The notes under the pieces are model-generated. The model was not told the DNA's origin and ran no database searches. It saw only the letters and a list, made by a program, of their open reading frames with translations. Shown one piece after another: positions 27,442 through 37,128 of a stretch of 64,000 bases of DNA. A program made the position numbers and the translations under genes. The stretch is from Candidatus Omnitrophota bacterium (GTDB lineage: Bacteria; Omnitrophota; Gorgyraeia; Tantalellales; Tantalellaceae). Each line of letters begins with the position of its first letter. Position 1 is the first letter of the stretch. The stretch lies in the NCBI GenBank assembly GCA_043811395.1, contig JBDRNE010000115.1:12212-76211 (forward strand), written 5' to 3'.

Positions 27442-29007
27442 ATGAAAAAAAAACAGTTTTATATTACAACACCGATATATTATGTTAACGCGAATCCTCA
27501 TATAGGCCACGCATATACTCAAATCGCGGTTGATGTTTTATCCCGGTACCATAAAATGTTGGGTGAAGAAGTGTTCTTTCTTACGGGAACGGATGAGCAT
27601 GGTGAAAAAATAGAGGAAGCGACGTTAAAATCAGGATTGGGGCAAGGCCGCGAAAAAGAGTTTGTTGACAAAATAGTGCCGAATTTTAAAAAAGTATGGG
27701 ACATTTTGGGGATAGAGTACGATTATTTTATAAGGACAACGGATAGTGTTCACAAAGAAACAGTACAAGAGTTTCTTAATAAAATGAAAGAAAACGGTGA
27801 TATTTATCAGGGAGAATATGACGGATGGTTTTGTGTTCCATGCGAAACTTTCTGGACCGACGGTCAGGCAAAAGACGGTATTTGCCCTGAATGCAGTCGG
27901 AAACTTCAGCGTATAAAAGAAAAAAATTATTTTTTCAAAATGAGTAAATATCAAGATTGGCTTATCGATTATATTAAAGCTAATCAGACTTTCATCATGC
28001 CTAAAAACCGCAGAAATGAAGTTCTTGGGTTTTTGAAGGAAGAATTGACAGATTTATGTATATCACGTCCTAAAAACAGGATGTCTTGGGGAGTGGAACT
28101 ACCCTTTGATAAAGACTATGTTGTGTATGTTTGGTTTGACGCGCTTATAAATTACGCGTCAGGTCTTCGCGCGTGCCACGCGTTTGACAAATATTGGCCG
28201 GCAGATTTTCATATAATTGCTAAAGATATATTGCGCCATCACGCGGTTTATTGGCCGATAATGCTAAAAAGTTTAAGTATGGAACTTCCAAAAACCATTT
28301 TTGCCCATGGATGGTGGAAAATGGGAGACGAAAAAATATCAAAGTCCAAAGGCAATATAATTGATCCTGTTTTTCTCGCGGAAAAATATGGAGTGGACGC
28401 TCTTAGATATTTTTTACTGAAAGCGGTTTCTTTTGGGCAGGACGGTGTTTATACGGAAGATGCCTTTATCCACTTGTATAACAGCGATCTTGCTAATGAT
28501 CTGGGTAATCTTTTAAATAGGACGCTTACAATGCTTGAAAAATATTTGGTAAATCCTGTTGCCCCGAATCTAGGGATTATGCCGAAAAACGAAGTCGTAC
28601 AGTCGGGTAAGATTAGAAAAGCACTTTGTGATTTGTTCCCTCGGGTTAAGGAACGCATGGAAAACCCGAATCTTTTTTTAAAAGAAGCTTTAGAAGAAAT
28701 AATGTCAGTTGTCGGGATAGCGAATAAATATATTGAAGAAACCGCTCCGTGGAAATACAACAAAGCAAACAATAAAAAAGCGGTAGATTTAATTATTTCG
28801 GATTTACTAGAAGTATTGAGGTCGGTCGCTATCGCTCTTTTTCCTTTTATGCCACACGCGTCGCAAAAAATATGGGATCAGCTTGGGCTTAGAGGAGAAG
28901 TAAGGGGTGAAGAAATTTCTATTGAGAAGAACGCGGATAACTGGAGAAGGTTTCCTGCTGGAACAAAAATCGCGAAAAAAGATCCGCTTTTTCCGCGTGT
29001 ACAATAA
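27442..29007 (+). CDS. metG: Methionyl-tRNA synthetase (short form)
   Basis: HIGH (NPHIGHAYT), KMSKS (KISKSKGN) and a Zn-knuckle (CVPC...CPEC) are present. Confidence 0.95.
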   Translation: MKKKQFYITTPIYYVNANPHIGHAYTQIAVDVLSRYHKMLGEEVFFLTGTDEHGEKIEEATLKSGLGQGREKEFVDKIVPNFKKVWDILGIEYDYFIRTTDSVHKETVQEFLNKMKENGDIYQGEYDGWFCVPCETFWTDGQAKDGICPECSRKLQRIKEKNYFFKMSKYQDWLIDYIKANQTFIMPKNRRNEVLGFLKEELTDLCISRPKNRMSWGVELPFDKDYVVYVWFDALINYASGLRACHAFDKYWPADFHIIAKDILRHHAVYWPIMLKSLSMELPKTIFAHGWWKMGDEKISKSKGNIIDPVFLAEKYGVDALRYFLLKAVSFGQDGVYTEDAFIHLYNSDLANDLGNLLNRTLTMLEKYLVNPVAPNLGIMPKNEVVQSGKIRKALCDLFPRVKERMENPNLFLKEALEEIMSVVGIANKYIEETAPWKYNKANNKKAVDLIISDLLEVLRSVAIALFPFMPHASQKIWDQLGLRGEVRGEEISIEKNADNWRRFPAGTKIAKKDPLFPRVQ

Positions 29008-29094
29008 ATTTATGAGTTTAAAAAAAGATAAAACTGGAAGTTTTATAATCTATACCGGCAAAACAGTTTCGTATAAAACGCTTAAGAGGATTAT

Positions 29095-31074
29095 ATGAAC
29101 AAAAAAAATGGTAACATTTTTTCATTGTGGCTGGGGAATGTGGTTTTTTTAGGCATTTTTCTTGGAATCTCTTTTTGGTTTTTTGAAGTTATGCTCCACA
29201 TGTATGTATTCGGGTTAACTGACCAGACTTTTATACAGCATTTGCTAATGCCGGATCCTCATGAATTTTGGATGAGGTCTTGCGTTACGATTTTTTTTGT
29301 GCTTTTTGGGGTTTACGCGCAACATAGCATAAACTTAAGAAAAATCGCGGAGAAAAAACTTAGGCGGCAAAACCAGTTTTTTTATAAAACAATAGATTCC
29401 CTGACTCATCCTTTTTATGTTATAGATACGGACGACTACAAAATAAGAATAGCCAATTCCGCGGCATGCCAAAATATTCTGCCTAAAGGTAAAACTTGTT
29501 ACGAAATTACGCACAAAAGGATTAATCCATGCTCTGGGATGGAACATGGATGCCCTTTAGAGGAAGTAAAAAGGACAAAAAAACCGGCAATTGTAGAACA
29601 TATACATTATGATGCTAATGGCAATCTTCGCAACGTGGAGGTTCACGCTTACCCCATTTTTGATGAAGACGGTTTTGTTGTACAGATGATAGAGTATTCT
29701 TTGGATGTTACGGAACGAAAAAAAGCCGAAGAACAACTTAAACAAGCGTTGGCTGTTACGAACATAATTTTAAAGGAATTGCCTTTTGGTATTATGATAG
29801 TAGGCTTAGACAAAAGAGTACGTAAGATTAATAAGGCGGCTTTGACAATGCTGGGGCTTAATGACGAAAAAGAAATTATTGGTAAAATTTGTCATAAACG
29901 CGTTTGTCCGGCTGAAGAAAATAAATGTCCGATAATAGACCTTGGAGAAGATGGTAATATTTCGGAAAAGGAACTTGTTACTAGTGACGGCAAAAGAATT
30001 CCTATCTTAAAAAGCGTTTTACCGATAACGCTTGAAGGGGAAGAAGTTTTACTTGAGTCATTTATTGGTATTGTTGAACAAAAAAAAGCGGAAGAGGCTA
30101 TTGTAAAAGCCCGGGATGAAATGGAAACGCGTGTCGAGGAACGGATCAAAGAACTGGCAGGCATGAACGAAGCGTTAATCAAAAGTACGAAAGAATTGGA
30201 GTCTGCCAATCGCGCGCTTCAGGATAGCCAGGTTCAGCTTGTTCAATCTGAAAAGATGGCCAGTCTCGGCCAGCTTGCGGCTGGTATCGCGCATGAGATT
30301 AATAATCCAATAGGATTTATTTTGAGTAATTTAAATACGCTGAATGAATATGTTAAAGTTTTTAAGAAACTTTTGGCCGAATATGAGAAATTTATCGATA
30401 AAACAAAAAACCTCAAACAGCATAAAGATTTTGTTTCTGCCATTATGGATGTCCGCGAAGAGAATAGTTTAGATTACATTATAAAAGATGTGGATAATCT
30501 TTTCAAAGAAACTAAAATCGGCGCGGATCGCGTAAAAGACATTGTTGAAGGGTTGAGAACTTTTGCTCACACGGATGAAACAACTATGGTGCAGACTGAC
30601 ATTAACAGATGTCTTGAGAATACGTTAAAAATTGTGTGGAATGAAATTAAATATAAGTGTGACATAGAGAAGAAATTTGAAAAATTACCTTTAGTTTCTT
30701 GTCATCCGGGGCAGATAAATCAGGTTTTTTTAAATCTTTTGGTTAACGCCGCGCAGGCAATAAGAGGGGAAGGGACTATTACTATTGAGACGTCTCTTGC
30801 GGGAAGCCATGTTCTTATCAAAATATCGGATACTGGTGGAGGAATTTCCGCTGAAAACCTTTTGAGGGTGTTTGACCCGTTTTTTACGACTAAAGAAGTA
30901 GGAAAAGGCACAGGATTAGGACTTTCAATTTCACATGGAATAATTCAAAAACATGGCGGGACAATTGAAGTTAAAAGCAAAGTTGGCGAAGGTTCTGTTT
31001 TTACGATAAAATTGCCGGTAAAGAATCAGACCGGGATAACGGAACAACAAAAGAAAACGAGTAGAAAATCATGA
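29095..31074 (+). CDS. Sensor histidine kinase with two N-terminal TM helices and PAS domains
   Basis: The first PAS domain carries a 4-Cys cluster. The HisKA H-box is AAGIAHEINNP and the HATPase_c is GTGLGLSISHG. The RBS is AAGAGGA. Confidence 0.85.
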   Translation: MNKKNGNIFSLWLGNVVFLGIFLGISFWFFEVMLHMYVFGLTDQTFIQHLLMPDPHEFWMRSCVTIFFVLFGVYAQHSINLRKIAEKKLRRQNQFFYKTIDSLTHPFYVIDTDDYKIRIANSAACQNILPKGKTCYEITHKRINPCSGMEHGCPLEEVKRTKKPAIVEHIHYDANGNLRNVEVHAYPIFDEDGFVVQMIEYSLDVTERKKAEEQLKQALAVTNIILKELPFGIMIVGLDKRVRKINKAALTMLGLNDEKEIIGKICHKRVCPAEENKCPIIDLGEDGNISEKELVTSDGKRIPILKSVLPITLEGEEVLLESFIGIVEQKKAEEAIVKARDEMETRVEERIKELAGMNEALIKSTKELESANRALQDSQVQLVQSEKMASLGQLAAGIAHEINNPIGFILSNLNTLNEYVKVFKKLLAEYEKFIDKTKNLKQHKDFVSAIMDVREENSLDYIIKDVDNLFKETKIGADRVKDIVEGLRTFAHTDETTMVQTDINRCLENTLKIVWNEIKYKCDIEKKFEKLPLVSCHPGQINQVFLNLLVNAAQAIRGEGTITIETSLAGSHVLIKISDTGGGISAENLLRVFDPFFTTKEVGKGTGLGLSISHGIIQKHGGTIEVKSKVGEGSVFTIKLPVKNQTGITEQQKKTSRKS

Positions 31075-32219
31075 AAACAATAGATGTAGCGATTGTTGAC
31101 GATGAACAAAATGTGTTAAATTCGCTCAAACGTCTTTTTAGAAAAGAAAACTATGAGCTTTTTTTTACGACAAATTATGAAAAAGTAATGCACCTTTTAA
31201 GTGAAGGGGAAATTAAAGTTGTAATGTCGGATCAAAAAATGATAGGGATAACCGGTATAGAGTTTTTGAAAAACATAAAAAAACAGTATCCCCGTGTAGT
31301 AAACATACTTTTCACCGGGTATGCTGACATGAATATGGCGGAAGACGCTATAAACGAGGGAGAAGTTTATCGTTTTGTAAATAAACCCTGGAATGATGAT
31401 GATTTGAAAAGTATTGTGCGTCAAGCCGTAGATAAGTATGATTTAGAAGAAAAAAACAGATGCCTCGCGGAAAACATAAATAAACAAAACAAAAAACTTA
31501 CTTTTTTGAATAAAAAACTGAAAAATATGTATGACGCGCAGAAAGTTTTCACATCAACCCTGGCACATGAACTCAGGACTCCTTTAGCTTCTATACGCAT
31601 GGCGCTGGATATAGTTATGAAACAGGCGTTTGGGGAGATTAATAATAAACAGGAAGATTTGTTAAATAAAGCTAAAACGAATGTTAATAGGTTAAACCGG
31701 CTTATTAATGATATTTTGGACCTTTCAAAAATGGAATTTGAAGGCGCACAACTTAACTTTGAAAAATATGAGCTGAATAGTATTATACAGGGAGTTATAG
31801 ACAACCAAAGACCTTTAGCCGTAGAGCATGGCCTTTTTCTGAGGACGCGATTGGATCAAAAGATTTCAAAAGTTAGACTTGATTCTGACCGAATAACACA
31901 GGTTTTGGATAACCTTATAAATAACGCGATTAAATTTACCGTTCAAGGAGGTATAACCGTAATATCCGAACTGGACGCTTTAAAAAAACAAGTAATAATA
32001 TGTGTTGAAGATACTGGTATGGGAATTCCGGAAAAAGATATTCCGAAATTGTTTAAAAAATTTCAACAACTAGCGCAACCACAGACGCAGAGTGCTAAAG
32101 GGACGGGCTTAGGGCTTGTGATATGCAAAGAAATCATCCATCATCATGGCGGGGAAATCTGGATAAAAGCAGGGATTGAGCATGGCAGTAGTTTTTGTTT
32201 TTCTCTGCCGATAAAATAG
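31071..32219 (+). CDS. Hybrid response-regulator receiver + histidine kinase (REC-HisKA-HATPase)
   Basis: The N-terminal REC is VAIVDDE...VVMSDQKM. The H-box is AHELRTPL and the HATPase_c is GTGLGLVICKEI. It overlaps the upstream kinase gene by 4 nt. Confidence 0.8.
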   Translation: MKTIDVAIVDDEQNVLNSLKRLFRKENYELFFTTNYEKVMHLLSEGEIKVVMSDQKMIGITGIEFLKNIKKQYPRVVNILFTGYADMNMAEDAINEGEVYRFVNKPWNDDDLKSIVRQAVDKYDLEEKNRCLAENINKQNKKLTFLNKKLKNMYDAQKVFTSTLAHELRTPLASIRMALDIVMKQAFGEINNKQEDLLNKAKTNVNRLNRLINDILDLSKMEFEGAQLNFEKYELNSIIQGVIDNQRPLAVEHGLFLRTRLDQKISKVRLDSDRITQVLDNLINNAIKFTVQGGITVISELDALKKQVIICVEDTGMGIPEKDIPKLFKKFQQLAQPQTQSAKGTGLGLVICKEIIHHHGGEIWIKAGIEHGSSFCFSLPIK

Positions 32220-32243
32220 CGGTCGGGACGTGGAAAGGAACGT

Positions 32244-32993
32244 ATGAAAGAGAAGACGATTTTATTAATTGACGATGAGGCTGATTTTGTTGAAATGATT
32301 AAATTTCAGCTGGAATCGGAAGGATATATTGTAGTTACCGCAAGTGACGGTGAAGAAGGGCTTTTGAAACTAAAGCAGATTAAGCCTGATTTGATTGTAT
32401 TGGATATTAATATGCCAAATATGGGAGGTTTGGAGTTTTATAACAAGATATTTACTCCGCATGGAAGAACTAAATATCCTGTTTTAGTTGTAACCGCGAG
32501 ATTGAATCTAGAGGAAATTTTTAAAGAGATAGAAGTAGAAGGATTTTTGTCTAAACCGTTTGAAATCAACCATCTGATGTCGGAAATTAAAAGAATAACA
32601 CTTGGGGGCATAAATCCAGTTGTGTTTTTAGCGGCGCCAAAAAACAGCACGCATGTTAAAAAGATTATGGAAATATTCGTTAATGAAAGATATGATGTTA
32701 TTGTTTGTGGCAATATACAGGAACTTAGTGCGCACGTTAAAAGGCATGGACTGCATTTTATACTTTTAGAATATGCTGGTAAAGAATTTTTTGAAAATTT
32801 TTTGACAAAGATTAAAAGCGATATAAAGCTTAAAAATATACCGATAATTGTTTACTCTTACTCGGAATTCACAATAGACGAAACTCGATGGCCGGCGCTT
32901 GGTGTAAATATGTTTTTGGATCATCCTGATGATTATGGCACGTTTGTGGAAGCGGTTAAGGAAGCTCAGTTAAAAGAAAAAGATGAAACTTAA
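32244..32993 (+). CDS. Response regulator: REC domain plus a C-terminal degenerate (pseudo-)receiver-like domain, with no DNA-binding domain
   Basis: The canonical REC is ILLIDDEADF...LIVLDINMP. The second domain (FILLEY) lacks the acidic phospho-acceptor context. Confidence 0.65.
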   Translation: MKEKTILLIDDEADFVEMIKFQLESEGYIVVTASDGEEGLLKLKQIKPDLIVLDINMPNMGGLEFYNKIFTPHGRTKYPVLVVTARLNLEEIFKEIEVEGFLSKPFEINHLMSEIKRITLGGINPVVFLAAPKNSTHVKKIMEIFVNERYDVIVCGNIQELSAHVKRHGLHFILLEYAGKEFFENFLTKIKSDIKLKNIPIIVYSYSEFTIDETRWPALGVNMFLDHPDDYGTFVEAVKEAQLKEKDET

Positions 32994-33047
32994 ACTTAAT
33001 AGATAACTTCCTTTTATAAAAAATAACAACACGAAAAGCTGTTTTAA

Positions 33048-33365
33048 AAAAAACAGCATAATTCTAGTCTTTCAGCGTTTCAGAAAAAGGTTCTAAGAGT
33101 TGTTCTAGGTATCCCCAAAGGGCAAGTAAGGTCTTATGGATTTATAGCAGAAAAGGTAGGTTTGTCTAAAGCGGCAAGAGCTGTTGGACGAGTTCTTCGT
33201 GGTAATCTGTATATCCCGTATGTGCCGTGCCATAGGGGTATTTTTTTAGATGGGTCAATAAGTGGATATTCCGCGAAAGGTGGAATTAAGGCAAAAATAC
33301 GTATGCTTGAAAAAGAAGGGGTGCGGATCAGTAGCGTGTGGCTGTTAGATAATAAATGTTGGTAA
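33048..33365 (+). pseudogene. Ogt/MGMT C-terminal (methyltransferase active-site/DNA-binding) domain remnant without a canonical start
   Basis: The frame is open from 33048 and encodes FQKKVLRVVLGIPKGQVRSYGFIAEKVGLSKAARAVGRVLRGN...VPCHRGI (PCHR active site). The only in-frame start is TTG at 33162, which falls inside the domain. No ATG, GTG or TTG lies upstream, and the frame is closed by TAA at 33045. Confidence 0.5.
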
Positions 33366-33417
33366 CATATAAACGTTTGCTGTTAAGTGACTGCGAAGAG
33401 GTTTTAATGGAGGAAAT

Positions 33418-34794
33418 ATGAAATTGGTGGACACTCACTGCCATCTTAATTTTTCGGATTATGATAAAGATTTGCCGGAAGTATTGACCCGGGCCAAAAC
33501 CGCGGGCCTGGTCAGAATTATAGTTCCGGGGACGGATATAAAAAGCAGTATAAAGGCCGTTGAATTAGCTAAAAAGAATAAAATGATATTTGCCGCTGTG
33601 GGAGTACATCCTCATGAAGCTGATGATGCGGGCGTTTTAGACGTGGAAAAATTGAGGGATATTGCTGTTGGGAGTGACAAGGTAATCGCAATAGGCGAAA
33701 TTGGCTTAGACAAATATAAAAATTATTCAAAAATAGAGAATCAGCAAAAACTTTTTAGTGAGTGTTTACGTCTAGCGCGAACACTTGATCTGCCCGTTAT
33801 TATTCACAATAGACGAGCCGGGAAAGAAATGTTAGATATTTTAAAAAAATTTAAAAATACTGGAATAAAAGGTGTTTTTCATTGTTTTTCAGAGGACATA
33901 TCTTTTTTGAACGCAATACTTGAATTAGGTATGTATGTTTCTTTTGCGGGTAATATTACTTTTAAAAACGCTTTTGATTCGCGTAAGACGGCACAAGCCG
34001 TGCCTTTGGAGAAACTTCTTTTAGAAACGGATTCGCCTTTTATTACGCCGGAGCCTTACAGAGGCAAACGCAATGAACCGGCATATGTTAAAAACCTTTT
34101 AGATGTTTACGCAAAAATGTATAAATTGTCGGTAGAAGATGTAGCTAGGGTTACGACTCATAACGCGAATAAATTATTTAATCTTGGAATTAAAGAAAAA
34201 GGCGTGATAGCTTACGCTATACGGGATTCTTTGTATCTGAACATTACGAACAGGTGTACCAATAGATGTGGGTTTTGCACGAGGCAATATTCAAATTTTG
34301 TAAAGGGACATAAACTTTCTCTTGGTTCAGAGCCTTTGGCCGGAGAAATAATCCAAAAACTAAAAAAGGTTTCAAAATATAAGGAAATAGTATTTTGCGG
34401 TTTTGGAGAAGCTACTCTTAGGCTAAATACGGTTATAAAAATAGCGGCATACGTAAAAAGGCAAGGAGGTAAAGTTCGATTAACAACGAATGGACAGGGG
34501 AATCTCATTGCTGGATATAGTATAGCGCCAAAACTTAAGGGTATTGTTGACGCGGTGTCGGTAAGCCTGAATGAGGCAGAAGCGGATATGTATAGCCGGT
34601 TATGTTGTCCAAGTTTTGGCAAAAAAGCATATAGCGCGATAATGGACTTTATTAAAGAATGTGTCGAGCAGTCGATTAAAGTTGAAGTAACTTGTCTTGA
34701 TATGATAGGGGGTGAAGCTGTTTCCGCCTGTCGGAAGATGGCAAAAGATTTAGGGGCAGAATTTAGGATGAGGCATTTAGATGTAGTTGGTTAG
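33418..34794 (+). CDS. TatD-family metal-dependent hydrolase fused to a C-terminal radical SAM domain
   Basis: The N-terminal ~255 aa are TatD-like (VDTHCHLNF...HPHEAD...ETDSPF). The C-terminus carries CTNRCGFC (CxxxCxxC) with radical SAM core features. The RBS is GGAGGAAAT. Confidence 0.85.
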   Translation: MKLVDTHCHLNFSDYDKDLPEVLTRAKTAGLVRIIVPGTDIKSSIKAVELAKKNKMIFAAVGVHPHEADDAGVLDVEKLRDIAVGSDKVIAIGEIGLDKYKNYSKIENQQKLFSECLRLARTLDLPVIIHNRRAGKEMLDILKKFKNTGIKGVFHCFSEDISFLNAILELGMYVSFAGNITFKNAFDSRKTAQAVPLEKLLLETDSPFITPEPYRGKRNEPAYVKNLLDVYAKMYKLSVEDVARVTTHNANKLFNLGIKEKGVIAYAIRDSLYLNITNRCTNRCGFCTRQYSNFVKGHKLSLGSEPLAGEIIQKLKKVSKYKEIVFCGFGEATLRLNTVIKIAAYVKRQGGKVRLTTNGQGNLIAGYSIAPKLKGIVDAVSVSLNEAEADMYSRLCCPSFGKKAYSAIMDFIKECVEQSIKVEVTCLDMIGGEAVSACRKMAKDLGAEFRMRHLDVVG

Positions 34795-34861
34795 TTGGCG
34801 GAGGAGAGAAGAGTAAATTATTAAAACAGGGAATGTGAAGATACAGTAGGGGTGGGCTCTT

Positions 34862-35956
34862 GTGTCCTACCGTAATGGTGAATATCCGGCGATGAAAATA
34901 TTTAAAATTGTTAAAAACAATAAGCTTTATACTGTACTTTTTCTCTTTGTTTTATTGATAAATATTCTGGTTTTCACTGATTGGATAATGGAAAAATTTT
35001 CACCAAGCAAAAAACCGGAAGTTACTCTGACGCAATGTGAAGCTAGTTCCCATAAAGACGATATAAAAGCGAGCCAGGACAAATTAAGTGTTGTAGCAAA
35101 ACAAAACCCGTTGTTGTATTTTTTTCTAGCAATGTTTAATTTTACGTTGCTATTTATGTTGTTAATCGGTTTGATTCTCGATTTGTATTTTTTGCGGCAA
35201 TGGATAAAAAAGAAAAAAATAGATATATGTATTCTTTCCCAAAAGGAATCTGTCTGGGGCATTAGTGACGTTGTGCGAGTTATTCTGATAAACATGTCTT
35301 TTGGATATACGTTTTTGATTATACAGGGCACGTTATCAAAAGTTTTTCCTGTAGTTGGTAATGAAAATTTCCGCATGATTTTTAACACAATGATCATGAA
35401 TGTCATCGGGATAAGTGTTGTATTGTATTTTGTTATAAAAAAAGGCAAACAAAACATTGAAGCAGTAGGGCTTACATCTCAAAGCTTTACGAAAAGCGTG
35501 TTTTATGCTGTTATCGGATATATCTCTTTAGGGCCGCTTCTTGTGCTGATAATGACTGGAACTTTTTTTGTTATCGATTTTTTTCATTATAAACCGCAGG
35601 TTCAATCTATTGTACAGATTTTTGTGAAAGAAAACAATCTGCCGGTACTTTTCTTTTCAACGCTTTTTGCGGGTGTTTTTGGTCCGATTGTGGAGGAAAT
35701 TTTTTTTAGAGGGTTTATGTATTCGGCAATAAAGAAAAGTATAGGCGTTTTAGGTGCGATGATAATAACATCGGTAGTTTTTTCGCTTTTACATGCGCAT
35801 GTGATAGGATTTTTGCCGATAATGACATTGGGTTTATTGCTTGCTTATTTATATGAAAAAACAGGTTCGCTAACAGCTTCGATTACTGTGCATATTATGC
35901 ATAATGTTGCTATGCTTGTTTTGGTTTTTCTAGTGCGTTGTATTGGCGCTCAGTAA
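34862..35956 (+). CDS. CPBP-family (CAAX/Abi) intramembrane metalloprotease
   Basis: The protein is multi-TM. The EExxxR motif (PIVEEIFFRG) and the His motifs (FSLLHAH, HIMHN) are present. The track start is GTG; an alternative ATG lies at 34892. Confidence 0.8.
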   Translation: MSYRNGEYPAMKIFKIVKNNKLYTVLFLFVLLINILVFTDWIMEKFSPSKKPEVTLTQCEASSHKDDIKASQDKLSVVAKQNPLLYFFLAMFNFTLLFMLLIGLILDLYFLRQWIKKKKIDICILSQKESVWGISDVVRVILINMSFGYTFLIIQGTLSKVFPVVGNENFRMIFNTMIMNVIGISVVLYFVIKKGKQNIEAVGLTSQSFTKSVFYAVIGYISLGPLLVLIMTGTFFVIDFFHYKPQVQSIVQIFVKENNLPVLFFSTLFAGVFGPIVEEIFFRGFMYSAIKKSIGVLGAMIITSVVFSLLHAHVIGFLPIMTLGLLLAYLYEKTGSLTASITVHIMHNVAMLVLVFLVRCIGAQ

Positions 35957-35980
35957 AATATGCCGTTAGGAGGGGGTACT

Positions 35981-37012
35981 GTGAAGTATGAAACAATAAA
36001 ATGGAAGAATGACGGGGTTGAATTGATTGATCAAAGGCTTCTCCCGTTAAAGGAAAAGTATATTGTTTGCCGAACAGTTAAGGATATGTGGAGCGCGATA
36101 AAAGATATGAAGCTTAGAGGCGCTCCCGCTATAGGAATAGCCGGTGCATATGGGATGTATTTAGGTGTGCGTGGCAGTAAAACAAAAACCTTTTCAATCT
36201 TTAAAAAAGAAATTGATAAATGCGCGAAATATTTAGGGTCAGCGCGGCCGACGGCTCGAAATCTTTTTTGGGCGTTAGAGCGCGCAGTGCTTCTTGTTGA
36301 AAAAAACAGGGAAAAACCGGTTTCTGAGATTAAAAAATTAATGCTAACTGATGCTCATTTAATTTTAAAAGAGGATGAGAATATATGCAGGACGATTGGG
36401 CGGTTTGGGGAGAAGCTCATTAAAAAGAACTCAGCAGTTCTTACGCACTGTAATGCCGGAGGCTTAGCTACTTCAGGGTACGGAACCGCGCTTGGAGTTA
36501 TTTTTTCGGCAAAGAAAAAGATTTATAGAGTTTTTGTTGATGAAACGCGCCCATGGCTACAGGGCGCACGGTTGACCACATGGGAACTTACAAAAGCAAA
36601 AATGCCCGTGGTTTTAATTTGTGATAATATGGCTTCTGCGATTATGGCGAAAGGAGAAGTAGACGCGGTTGTTGTCGGCGCGGATCGTATCGCGCGGAAC
36701 GGGGATACCGCCAATAAGATCGGGACATACTCTCTTGCGGTATCCGCGAAGTATCATAAGGTTCCTTTTTATGTCGCGGCGCCGGTTTCTACATTTGATT
36801 TTTCTATTGCTTCGGGCCGGGAAATTCCCATAGAAGAAAGATGCTCTTCGGAGATAAAAATAATCAATAAAAAGTATATTACCGTAAAAGATGTGAAAGT
36901 GAAAAATCCGGCATTTGATGTTACGCCGTCAAAATTAATTACAGCTATAATTACGGAAAAAGGTGTTATTAAAAAACCAAATAAAAAGAGGATAAGAGAA
37001 GTGATTGGGTAG
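35981..37012 (+). CDS. mtnA: Methylthioribose-1-phosphate isomerase / eIF-2B-like sugar-phosphate isomerase
   Basis: It belongs to the MtnA/eIF2B family (YETIKWKNDGVELIDQRLLP...). The GTG at 35981 follows AGGAGGGGG; the track ATG at 35960 has no RBS. Confidence 0.8.
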   Translation: MKYETIKWKNDGVELIDQRLLPLKEKYIVCRTVKDMWSAIKDMKLRGAPAIGIAGAYGMYLGVRGSKTKTFSIFKKEIDKCAKYLGSARPTARNLFWALERAVLLVEKNREKPVSEIKKLMLTDAHLILKEDENICRTIGRFGEKLIKKNSAVLTHCNAGGLATSGYGTALGVIFSAKKKIYRVFVDETRPWLQGARLTTWELTKAKMPVVLICDNMASAIMAKGEVDAVVVGADRIARNGDTANKIGTYSLAVSAKYHKVPFYVAAPVSTFDFSIASGREIPIEERCSSEIKIINKKYITVKDVKVKNPAFDVTPSKLITAIITEKGVIKKPNKKRIREVIG

Positions 37013-37128
37013 AAGGGAAGAGGCTTGTGTTTGTTTTGGTACATAGATTTTCGGACAGGCAAGAGCCATTTGGTTTATGCGTTCGGTTCAAACTTGTTTC
37101 TAACTGTCAGGCGGGTTGGTGAAATCTT

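Noticed and set aside
28907-29098. A 63-aa basic ORF spanning the metG 3' end and the metG-kinase spacer.
   Set aside because: It overlaps the metG coding sequence in another frame for ~100 nt. It has no RBS and a Lys/Arg-rich low-complexity composition.
33038-33057. GCTGTTTT-AAAA-AAAACAGC palindrome after the response-regulator gene, considered as an intrinsic terminator. A similar AAAACAGCTGTTTT lies at 38523-38536.
   Set aside because: The stem is AT-rich, there is no downstream U-tract, and the sequence is symmetric. It is too weak to call with confidence.
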